Shown: piece by piece, positions 1 through 10,081 of the stretch | Numbering within the stretch: position 1 is the first letter of the stretch | Layout: each line of letters starts with the position of its first letter | Assembly (NCBI GenBank): GCA_043228905.1 | Contig: JBHGNT010000021.1 | Location: forward strand, 11,966,001-12,030,000 | DNA length: 64,000 bases | Direction of reading: 5' to 3' | From: Azolla caroliniana | Lineage: Eukaryota > Plantae > Polypodiophyta | Notes under the pieces: model-generated | Told to the model about the DNA's origin: nothing | Seen by the model: the letters and a program-made list of their open reading frames with translations, nothing else | Databases searched by the model: none | Translations under genes and position numbers: made by a program

Positions 1-80
1 AGAGGAGGCTCTTCTGTTTTCTTTTCCCCTTATCTGAGCCTCACCTAGCATCTAGGGAGAAGTAGAAAGACCCCGAGTAT

Positions 81-3000
81 CTACTTACAACTGCTGTAAA
101 TTGTCCAGCTGTAGCTCAAGAGGAGGATATCCATGGCCTCACATGCCACCATTGTTTCATCAATGGCTTGCCTTGGAAGTGGCTTAATAAATAAATCAGC
201 CACATTTTCTTGAGTAGGGCAATATGCCAAGTTGATGACTTGTGATTTCACTAAGTCACGAACAAAATGGTAGTGCACTTCGATGTGTCTTGTTCTACCA
301 TGAAATGCTGAGCTATGTGCCAAGGCACGTGCACTTTGGCTATAAGTGAAAACTGCAATAGGAGAGGCTTGCAAAACACCAATGTGAGAAAACAATTGCA
401 TCAACCATAGCAACTCACAGCAAGTATCCAAGTAAGCGCGATATTCAGCTTTCGTTGATGAAGTAGAAACTGAGTTTTGCTTCTTCGATTTCCAAGAAAT
501 CAAGCCTGAACCTAACATAAAACAATAGCCAGATGTGGACCTTCTAGAATCAATATCACCTGCCCAATCAACATCTGAGTAGCCAACAAGCTCAATGCCG
601 CCTCTAAAAGATAGACCATAGTCGAGTGTGTTGGCCAAATACCGAAGAACTCGAATAGCTGCTTGCCAATGACTTTGTCTTGGAGCAGTTGAGAATTGGC
701 TGAGAATACTCACGCTATAGGACAAATCAGGCCTGGTATAAGTTAAGTGAAGAAGGGACCCGATTAATCTCCTATATTTCGTGATATCCTCAAATATGGG
801 AGAATCGTCTTCACGAGATAGCTTTGAGTTTGGATCCATTGGACAGGAGAGTGGCTTGCAATTTGTCATGTTATAGGTCTCAAGGAGCTGCCTGAGATAC
901 CTATGTTGGCTGAGAAAGATACCACCATGTGATTGATAGACCTCCATACCTATGAAATAATGGAGAAGTCCTAGATCAGTCATTTCAAAGGTTGTTTTGA
1001 GGTCAGCGCGGACCTCCTCGATTTTAGATGCAAGGGACCCAGTAATTAGAAGGTCGTCAACATATAATATGATCAAGCAAAGCAAATTATCTTGGGAAAA
1101 AACATAGAGATTGCTGTCAGCATTACAGTTTTGAAACCCAAGAGAAAGAAAGAAGCTATCAATTTTGTCATGCCAAGCTTTGGGAGCTTGCTTTAAGCCA
1201 TACAAGGCTTTGTGTAACTTGTAGACCATGTTTTTCTGCTCTAAAATCTCGAAACCTGGAGGCTGTTCAACATAAACCTCCTCTTTCAAGTCACCGTTAA
1301 GGAAGGCTGACTTGACATCCATTTGAAAAATGGCCCATTTGTTGTGAGCAGCAAGTGCAAGCGCACATCGGATAGATGTGTACCTTGCTGTTGGAGCAAA
1401 AGTTTCCTCATAATCCACTCCTTCAACTTGTGAGTAGCCTTTTGCCACTAAACGTGGCTTGTGCTTATCCAAAGTACCATCAGCATGGTATTTGGTCTTG
1501 AAAATCCATTTCAATCCAATGACTTGTCGATGTGGAGGCTGTGGGACCAGTTCCCATGTATGATTCCGCTCAATGGAATCAAGTTCAACTTCCATTGCTG
1601 CTTTCCACTTTGGAAGAACAAGGGCCTCTTTTGCTGTTGTGGGTTCTTTTGATTGCACAATAGTGCACAATAAGGCAAAGTTGCATGAGTGAAGAGGCCG
1701 TTGTGACTTACGTGTTCGAGAACCAGATGTATACTCATGAAGTTCAGCATCGGAGAGATGAGAATCACGAATGGTGGCTTGAAGCCACTTGGGAAGTGGT
1801 GGAAGCTGGTTTGTAGAGGGAGTGGAAACAAGTGGAGTTGAGGGAGAGGTTTGAATTGTTGGTGAAGTTAGAGATTGAGTAGGAGGAGATGGGGGGCTTG
1901 AAGATGAGACATCTTTGTCTAAAATAGGAGATTTCAGAGGAGCTTGGATTTCAACCATGAACTCAGGTAAAATCCTAGAGTCATCTGGCTGAGACTCCAC
2001 AAAATGAACATCCCTAGATATGACTAGGGACTTTGACTCTAAATCCCATAACCTGTATGCTTTAGATTGTGTGCTGTAACCAAGAAATTTGCATTTCTTG
2101 GTTTTGGACTCAAATTTCGTCCTTTTATGATCTGAAATGTGAACATAAGCATCACAACCAACGACTTTAAAATGAGATACTGAGGGCGTTACACCTGTAA
2201 ATGCTTCTTCAGGCGTCATTCTAGCAACTGCTTTTGTTGGGCAGCAGTTGATGATGTAGACTGCTGTGTTGACAGCTTCACCCCAAAACGAGAGAGGAAG
2301 ATCAGATTGAGATAGCATCGTACGAGCCATCTCTTGGACTGTCCGGTTCTTCCTTTCCACGACTCCATTTTGTTGAGGAGTATTGGGTGTAGAAAATTGG
2401 CGAGCAATGCCTCGTTGAGAGCAGAAATGATGGAAAGCTTTGGAGATAAACTCTCCACCATTGTCCGACTTGATCTTTCGAACTTTCTTCGATGTCTCGT
2501 TCTCCACGAGAGCTACCCATTCTTGAAATTTTGTGAAGACTTGGGATTTTTCTACAAGAAAATAAACCCAAACCTTGCGGGAGAAGTCATCAATTATAAG
2601 CATGAAGTAGCGTGCACCACCAAGAGTAGTGGTTTTCATGGGACCACAAAGATCCATGTGCACTAACTCCAAGATAGATGTTGCTCGGTGAGTGGCTTCA
2701 TGAGGGAAAGGCTCTCGATGTTGCTTGCCATGAAGACAAGCAACACATGGGGTATTGGGAGATTTGAAAATAGGAAGACCCTCAACTAGTTGGGAGGAGG
2801 AGAGCTTTTGAAGAGAATCATAGTTGAGATGACCAAACCTAGCATGCCACAACGTGGGATCTTCTTGTGCCACCAAGGCATGAGAACCTTGAAGAAGATG
2901 AAGAAGATGAGATTTGGAGTTTTCCAAGGGGCTATGGGAGCTTTTTAGGCGATATAAAACCCCTTCTTGTGTGCCACTAGCTACAATTTGTAGACTGTTG

Positions 3001-3415
3001 GTGTCAATCACTTCCAAAACTGAGCTATCAAAGTAGACTCCATAACCTTGCTTGGTGATTTTGTAAACCGAAAGTAGGTTGGTAGAGATGCGAGGCACAG
3101 GTAGCACATCTTGAAGAACGACAGGTTCTTCACTTGAAGAATTGTCAAGAACCACATTACCCACACATGAAGCCTCAATGCTTGAGGCATCTCCTATAGA
3201 GATTTGGGAAGAGCTCTGCTTCACATCATGCAAAATGGATTTGTCATAGGTCATGTGTGAAGTGGCACCACTATCTACTAACCACTCATCGATGGTTGAA
3301 GTAGTTGGTCCAGCCAAATGTGAAGTATGTTCCTCAATGCCAAGGAAAACTGTTTCTTTGGCTGAGTGGGCCGAGTTGGATTTCGGTGTAGGTTGATTTC
3401 TGGTAGAAGAAGAAG
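81..3415 (-). mobile_element. Ty1/copia pol segment (protease, GAG-pre-integrase, integrase, RT, RNase H), inverted relative to its own 3' end and LTR
   Basis: ORF 81..3317 has WLVDSGATSHM (PR), LWHARFGH/CVAC, SDNGGEF..QQNGVVER (IN), QMDVKSAFLNG, LYGLKQAP, LYVDDLL (RT) and RTRHIEVHYHFVR (RH). Confidence 0.95.
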
Positions 3416-3788
3416 CAAAACTCAGTTTCTACTTCATCGACGGAAGCTGAATATCGCGCCTACTTGGATACTTGCTGTGAGTTGCTATGGTTGATGCAAT
3501 TGTTTTCTCACATTGGTGTTTTGCAAGCCTCTCCTATTGCAGTTTTCACCGATAGCCAAAGTGCACGTGCCTTGGCACATAGCTCAGCATTTCATGGTAG
3601 AACAAAACACATCGAAGTGCACTACCATTTTGTTCGTGACTTAGTGAAATCACAAGTCATCAACTTGGCATATTGCCCTACTCAAGAAAATGTGGCTGAT
3701 TTATTTACTAAGCCACTTCCAAGGCAAGCCATTGATCAGCTCCTTGATCGACTCAATGTTGGACCGCCGTTCTGGAGCTGAGAGGAGG
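3415..3788 (+). mobile_element. Copia RNase H 3' end plus polypurine tract; inverted duplicate of ~157-485
   Basis: ORF 3464..3781 is near-identical to the C-terminus of ORF 81..3317 but on the opposite strand. PPT-like GAGAGGAGG at 3780-3788. Confidence 0.9.
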
Positions 3789-4242
3789 TGTTGGAGGGTG
3801 GCAGCTCCAACCCTGCACTCTCTTTCATATTTATTATCTTTGTACTACATTCTCTCTTTTCTCAAATTCTTCTCTCTCTAGAATCTGCAACTCTTTAAAT
3901 GCCTTCTCTCTCTAGAATCTGCAATGCTTTAAATGCCTTTTCTCTCTTCTACCTTTTCCAAGATATTCCCTTTTATTCCTAGTTTTTTGTACCTGTTTGG
4001 TAGTACAAGAGTCACTTAACTACCAAACAGCCATTTCACCCACATTCCCCAATTTTGTATAAATAGGCTATACCAGCCTCTTTTGTATAAGTTTTCATTT
4101 TCATTTTTGCTACTTAAAACAAGCTCTATTCCTTGGCTGTGTCTCTACTCTTTGCAACCATTTTTTCTACTGCTGTCTAACAGCCTTCTCACAGCTTGGC
4201 TGTGCCTATTTTGTTTTAAGTCTTCCGCTGCTGCTATTAACA
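3789..4242 (+). repeat. Copia 3' LTR (end uncertain: 4182 or 4242)
   Basis: Starts TGTTGG directly after the PPT; TATA-like TATAAATAGG ~4058; two candidate ...TAACA ends. Confidence 0.6.
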
Positions 4243-4839
4243 GCTTTTCTCACAGTTTGAAGAAAGAGATATGAAACATGGTGAAACGAAGATGGAAATG
4301 TTGTGCCAATAATTAATATGATAGATCATCAATGTGACTGGTGATTTGTAGACTATGTCATTGGAAACTGATAAAGTGGATACCATGTATTCAAGAAGAC
4401 AGGCATAAATTGTGCCACATGCTCTGTGTTGATTCTTTTTTGATCTCCATGCTGAGGGAATCTGAGATTAGACACTCATGGTTGGATAATTTCGCAATCA
4501 TTAAAATGGGAGAGAGGCAGGAAATATTGTAGATTCCATCTCTGTCAATATAAACTGTGGAAAGATGGAGGTATCATGCTCATAATTTGGATTTGGCCTA
4601 ATAGCAAACCCAGCTTGTTGTCCAGCAATCCACTGCTTTGTTGTCCACAACGAAAGGGTCTGTTTTCCCTCAAGTGATTTATCTGCAGTATTTGGATCAC
4701 ATGATGTTCCCTATTCCCACTTAGTCTTTTTATTCCACGAACTCCTGCATCATCCAATGGCCTGAATTCTTGCATCATCTACTTCTTCTTGTGCTTTCCA
4801 GTTTCGGCCACATGGATGCTCCACTATAACTTCACCATC

Positions 4840-4965
4840 TCATTTGGAATTAGCTCTTGTATAAATGGTATTGGATCTCGACATGACTGATCTGCCTGTG
4901 GAACATGGCATTCTTTGCAGAATCAATGCAACATTGGTTGCATTCAATCTGGGTTTGACCTTTGA
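4840..4965 (-). pseudogene. Heavily decayed copia RNase H remnant
   Basis: Reverse strand translates SAKNAMFHRQISHVEIQYH (cf. NPVFHxRTKHIEIxYH), followed by stops. Confidence 0.45.
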
Positions 4966-5419
4966 CTCCAATTAAATTGGCATTTTGATTTTTTTATCTG
5001 TAACATTGTGTGACACACAACATAGGTCGCCACCTTATACTTTGCTTCCACTGAGAGTGTGAGACACAATTGCTTCTTGCTTGTCCAAGAAAATACCCCA
5101 AATCCAAGAAACGAATGATATCCAACTAACTTTGTTTGTTGGCCAAACTATCATAGAATATCCCGGCATGCCATTTAATTTTTTCCAGATCTGCTTTGAA
5201 CATTGTCAACACTCCGTGGAAAAATCAAATATTAAGTAATTTCATTAAAGCTAGCAAAAATAACAAAACCCGGTGACTGAAACTGGGATATCTTGTATGT
5301 TTTTTCACAGGTGCTGACTTCAGTGCTAACGAGAACCACATGGATGGTTGTCTCATCATGTAATGTTTAGTTCCCTAATTTAGCATTGTTCTTATTTTCA
5401 TATTCTAAATGCATGCAAG

Positions 5420-5695
5420 GGATCAAGCCTTGACGATATTGTTGGAGCATTGAGTTTGCAAAAAAAATTCTCTGATGATGGATATCTTGGATTTTCGAGC
5501 ATTGCAGCATCCAATGAGGAGCGTAGATCAAATGTAATTTCAGATAATTATGGCTCTGTCTCGAGTAACAAAAGCACACAAAATACTTCAACTGCGCTGA
5601 GAGTTGGGCCAATAGAACCCAAATTAGTGGGAGATGATGGAGACACGTTCAAATTACAGCTTCTAACCCTGCTGAAGGATCTTCAATCACCTTTA
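5420..5695 (+). pseudogene. PUB4-like ARM-repeat/U-box gene: 5' part of the large ARM exon, truncated by the transposon
   Basis: ...KLQLLTLLKDLQSPL joins in frame to ADAQNIAAKELRLLTKHN at 15279 once the element and one TSD are removed. The U-box exon is not seen and is probably upstream of the window. Confidence 0.8.
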
Positions 5696-5731
5696 AACAC
5701 GTTTGCGTTCACAAGTGGAAGGATCGCGCAT
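5696..5731 (+). repeat. Left terminal inverted repeat
   Basis: Reverse complement of 15239-15274 at 34/36 positions. Confidence 0.95.
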
Positions 5732-6053
5732 AAATGGAAGGATAAGGGAAATTTTAGGGGTTTTTCAATGATTTTACAAAACACATTGATACCAGTATCA
5801 TACAAGTTCAAACATACTATGAAAAAGGTTAAAAATCCACTATTTTCGTGATTTAGAAGTAACTAAAAAAAGACGAATTTCAAAAACATACATTCTCAAT
5901 TTATATCACAAACTTTACAACCAATGTTATTTTATAAGAAACGATTTTTGGGAAATCATAAGAATTCAAAACACATGATTTTATATTACTCGATTTGTTA
6001 CAAGCGGAATGTAGTTACACTTAATACCCAAATATACATTCATGATCACTCCT

Positions 6054-8834
6054 TTACGGAGAATCACTACTATAACTAATATACAATGACGATTCCTCCT
6101 CATCATCCTCGGATGTACCAATCAGTGCATTATCTTCGTCATAAACCAAATGGTTTGACTCTAGATTATATGTAGCAGATCTCGTTTGCCTTTGACTCGA
6201 GCCACCTTGTAGACCTGGTAATTTTTCTTTTATTATATCTATTGTTGACTTCCTTAATCGTCCGGCTTTTGTAAGTGTGAAGTCGTACACGATGATATCC
6301 ACATCAGAGATATCAAGGGTCGAGGTGTTACGAATGTTTCGCTTCCTCTTCCTACCTCCCCTTCTTGATTGGCATTCAATCATCTCCAATGTATACTTAC
6401 CTGTAAAAGCATTTGCACTTCTAGTGTTGTACCAATGAACATTTATAGACTTGATCGTGTTTTCTATTTCATGCATTAGCACTTCTAGAATTTTACCAAC
6501 CCAAAATTGGTGGCCATGTGAGTTCTCATCAGCCGGCGTTGCAATCAACATCCCCGCGGTGAGCTCTTGCAAATTTCCTTGCCATCTAGCTTCGGCTGCT
6601 TTGGTCATCCTTGGTCCCACATAAATGTCTCTTTGTTGTGGATGGACCAAGCTGTCATTAATCGCATTTACTAGTCGCTCCGGACTTCTATTTACGCGAT
6701 CATGTTGCAGCGACCATGTGAATGGCGTTTCCAAATTCCAATTATCAACAGATACACAATTGTCTATAATTTCTTTCTGATCACTATAAAATACATCCCA
6801 CCATGACGTGTCTTGTTGTGCGGCATATTTCTTGGCGGCCTCAATATGCTTTCTTTTTTCTTCTAAGGCTTGGAGCCATGACCGTTTTTGTTCTGATACC
6901 AAGTCGCTCTGCAACTGTCCTTTCTTCTCAATTGGCATTTGCTTAGCTCCATGGACAATTGTACTCGGCATACAAAGTAATAACTGGCAACCACCTTCAG
7001 GTTCCCATGTTGTAGAAGATGAATATTGTTTAGCATACAAAAGTGTAGAACCACTTATTCCATTTTTCTTTATCAAAAGAATGTGATTGAAACTTATATT
7101 GTTTAACTGAGCAAGCACTTTAACATTCCCACCACCCCCATCTAATATATATCTCTTAAAGTCATATACCTCCTTCAAGTGTAACACTTTTGGGCGTGGT
7201 GTATATGCATCACAAATGACATCAAATAGTTTAGGTAAAGTGAAAGCATCATGCCGAGACAACTGTCTGGAGAATGTGCTAAACATCTGATCTATATGGT
7301 CATGTGTGTGGCCAACCAAAAGGAAATTGACTTTCACTTTCCTAAACAATTCTAGGTTGACCAACATACTTAGATAGCCAAATACAGTTGAATTTTTGTT
7401 CTCTCTAGCAGTATTGTCCAATTGAATGTATAGAACAGGGGGGAAAGGTTGTCCCCAAGACATCAAAACTCGGTGAATCACTGTAACTGTTAGGTTAGGG
7501 TCATTGTGAACATTGGGGTAAGTAATGAAGACGTGAGGTCGAACAGACCTATTATAAGCCAAGCATCCCACCAAGTGCATTTGAACAAGGCACTCATCAT
7601 TGACATCTTTGGGGAGCCTCCGCATATGTGGCAAGCATGTCTTCTTCTGGTCCATGCCATCTATCATTAAGCACATGTATTGTTCAGGCCTCTTCAAACA
7701 CTTCTCTCTATGATGCATCGCCTTCCTTCGTTCTAAGGATTGTGCCTCACGATGCTCTTGTAGTAACTTCTTACTCGTATCCTTTTCCATTGATGTCTTT
7801 GCACCTTTAGCCAAACTTTTAAGATTTGCACAAATGGAGCAATACCCCATACGTACTTTACGAGGAATAATAACATTTGAAAACCGAGCTCTCCATAATC
7901 TTGTGAATTGGCTATAGGTGATAGACTTATTACGTGAGCCCAGCATTTCAGATCGATAGACATCATAAACTTCCCGACGGGTATAATTATCAGAAAGATG
8001 CATCCTACCTGTAGTGGGCATTACTTCACAATTTAACTGAAAGTAAGTTTTCATCCAACCAATAGCTAGTCTTCCAATTGCACCTTTCATACTTGGAACC
8101 TCTTTACAATTGAGCATATGATCCCTGCTAAGTAGACGTTGTTGTACTCTATGTAGCCGCATGTTACTAACACATAACGCAATTTTGAATGCAACTCTAC
8201 ATATCTGTTGCGCATGGAAGATATAATACTCGAATGATACTTTGATCCCCGTACATTTGTCAGATACTAGTTGCATATGTGATCCGAGGTAAGTGTCTTG
8301 CTCATCACTGGTCATCGAAAAATAGTATCGCCTTAATTCTCGCAACTTTGATTTTCCAATCATAGACATACAACCACGAGCACAACATATTTTGTTGACA
8401 TCAAATCCAATCTGTTTATCTGATGTCACCAAGCTAAATCTAGCCAGACGAATTCTTCGTGGGATTCTTCTAATATGCATAGGGCTCCCAGATTTCTCTT
8501 CCTGCATAGAGGTTGGTGTAACCTTGTTATAGTCTAATTCTCTGTTGTGACCATCGCCAATGTTATTCAATGTTTCCTGGGCACTTCCTTCATTCTCGGT
8601 ATCTTTATTAATATCGTATTCTTCAATAGAGAACTCTTCACATGTGTCATTATTTACATTCCCTGTAGATGAGCTCATACAATATTCTTCGATAGAATAT
8701 GGTGAGTCGGTCGACAGACAATATTCTTCAATCGAATATGGTGACTCTGTTGACAAACAATACTCTTCAGTAGAAAACGATGGGTCTGATGACAAACAAT
8801 ATTCTTCAATCGAGAACGGTGAATCTTCACTCAT
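6054..8834 (-). CDS. 926-aa intronless transposase, Sola-like (RNase H-fold DDD)
   Basis: Uninterrupted ORF inside the TIRs. Motifs CCARGC, ICRVAFKIAL, CSIC...H, then CLMIDGMDQ, LYIQLDNTARENKN, FLLVGHTHDHIDQMFS, matching the D..DN-x-ENKN..GHT-x-D pattern of Sola-related transposases. The 4-bp TSD is consistent. Confidence 0.85.
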   Translation of the reverse strand: MSEDSPFSIEEYCLSSDPSFSTEEYCLSTESPYSIEEYCLSTDSPYSIEEYCMSSSTGNVNNDTCEEFSIEEYDINKDTENEGSAQETLNNIGDGHNRELDYNKVTPTSMQEEKSGSPMHIRRIPRRIRLARFSLVTSDKQIGFDVNKICCARGCMSMIGKSKLRELRRYYFSMTSDEQDTYLGSHMQLVSDKCTGIKVSFEYYIFHAQQICRVAFKIALCVSNMRLHRVQQRLLSRDHMLNCKEVPSMKGAIGRLAIGWMKTYFQLNCEVMPTTGRMHLSDNYTRREVYDVYRSEMLGSRNKSITYSQFTRLWRARFSNVIIPRKVRMGYCSICANLKSLAKGAKTSMEKDTSKKLLQEHREAQSLERRKAMHHREKCLKRPEQYMCLMIDGMDQKKTCLPHMRRLPKDVNDECLVQMHLVGCLAYNRSVRPHVFITYPNVHNDPNLTVTVIHRVLMSWGQPFPPVLYIQLDNTARENKNSTVFGYLSMLVNLELFRKVKVNFLLVGHTHDHIDQMFSTFSRQLSRHDAFTLPKLFDVICDAYTPRPKVLHLKEVYDFKRYILDGGGGNVKVLAQLNNISFNHILLIKKNGISGSTLLYAKQYSSSTTWEPEGGCQLLLCMPSTIVHGAKQMPIEKKGQLQSDLVSEQKRSWLQALEEKRKHIEAAKKYAAQQDTSWWDVFYSDQKEIIDNCVSVDNWNLETPFTWSLQHDRVNRSPERLVNAINDSLVHPQQRDIYVGPRMTKAAEARWQGNLQELTAGMLIATPADENSHGHQFWVGKILEVLMHEIENTIKSINVHWYNTRSANAFTGKYTLEMIECQSRRGGRKRKRNIRNTSTLDISDVDIIVYDFTLTKAGRLRKSTIDIIKEKLPGLQGGSSQRQTRSATYNLESNHLVYDEDNALIGTSEDDEEESSLYISYSSDSP

Positions 8835-9149
8835 GGCTTAAGGTCTAGATAGGGCTCTCTAAGTTATACTCCTCTCTAAACATATACTCCTCCCTAAACA
8901 TAAACTTCTCTCTAAACAAAAGCCAAATCAATAGAATATCTATATTATGTAATATTCTATTAATACAATACATCTAAAAATTATTTTTAATAAAGTAATT
9001 GTACTTAAATTATCAATCATTATATAAACTAGATCTAAATGATGTTAAATCAAGTAAAATATAAAACTAATCATTAACAAGCCATGAATATGTTGGATTA
9101 ATGTTAAAATCATTGGCTAATTAATGGCACCCATTTTGATATAGAACGT

Positions 9150-9568
9150 TGTTACCGACCGGCAAGGAGTCCAAAATACGGAGTGAAGGAATTAATTAGA
9201 TATGGTTGTAAATGAGCATAGTGTGGACGGACGGACTGGAAACGGTATACCGTTCCAGATCCGGACGGATCCCGAATAGGTGCGAGAGGCACCGTTTTGT
9301 ACTACGGGCCGGAAACCTATTTAAAGGCCCGGACCCCATTGTAAGGACAGCGGATAATTAATAGAGCTTATGTTGTTTATACTTCTGTCTTGATTTCCGT
9401 TCTGTAATTACTGTTATATCTTACGCGTGTAATTAACCGAAGCATTCTAATCGTGTAACCTATGTAAGTCGGTGTAATCGTTGAATCTTAATCCTATGCC
9501 GTAATCACCCTTTGGTGAAGTGTCTCCGTGACACCTTGTGTTAGGCCTTGTCCGGCTAGAGAATAACA
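9150..9568. repeat. Solo LTR (419 bp) inside the transposon's divergent promoter region
   Basis: TGTTA...TAACA termini; 5-bp TSD AACGT (9145-9149, 9569-9573); internal CCTATTTAAAGG; GC-richer than flanks. Confidence 0.85.
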
Positions 9569-9930
9569 AACGTCTCACGCATTGGTTCTTTAATGCTCAC
9601 CATTTTAAATATTAGACTTATCAATCATTGGTTAATTCATGTCCACATCTTTAATACATAACATTTGAGAGTCATAAAAATTGTTGCTTTTAGTAATCAA
9701 TCATTGGTACATTCATGAACCTCTATCATTGTCTCCTTCATAACCTTTGAAGTCATTGTAGGTTGTTATGACTATAAAAGATTGATCAATATGTTAGTTT
9801 GACTTTGTAATCATTAATACAATCATAAGTTACTCTAGTTAATGTGACTATGGTTACCAACTAACTATCCTCAAAGTTACCAACCTTGGTTAAGGTGACT
9901 ATGGTTACTTTAACCAATGTGTTCAATCCC

Positions 9931-9940
9931 TATAAATAGG
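9931..9940 (+). promoter_or_regulatory. Putative TATA box of the ParB-MTase gene
   Basis: CCCTATAAATAGG about 150 bp upstream of the ATG at 10082. Confidence 0.55.
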
Positions 9941-9964
9941 AAGACCTCGTCATATTTCAATCAC

Positions 9965-10042
9965 CAGAGCGTACAGAGCGTACAGAGCACACAGAACGTA
10001 GAGAGCACACAGAGCACACAAAGCACTCAGAGCACAAAGCAC
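9965..10042 (+). repeat. 9-bp tandem repeat (CAGAGC-GTA/ACA) x ~8 in the putative 5' UTR
   Basis: cagagcgta cagagcgta cagagcaca cagaacgta gagagcaca cagagcaca caaagcact cagagcaca. Confidence 0.8.
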
Positions 10043-10081
10043 GAAAGCGCGATCTCCGCCTCCACTTCAACACGATCAACC

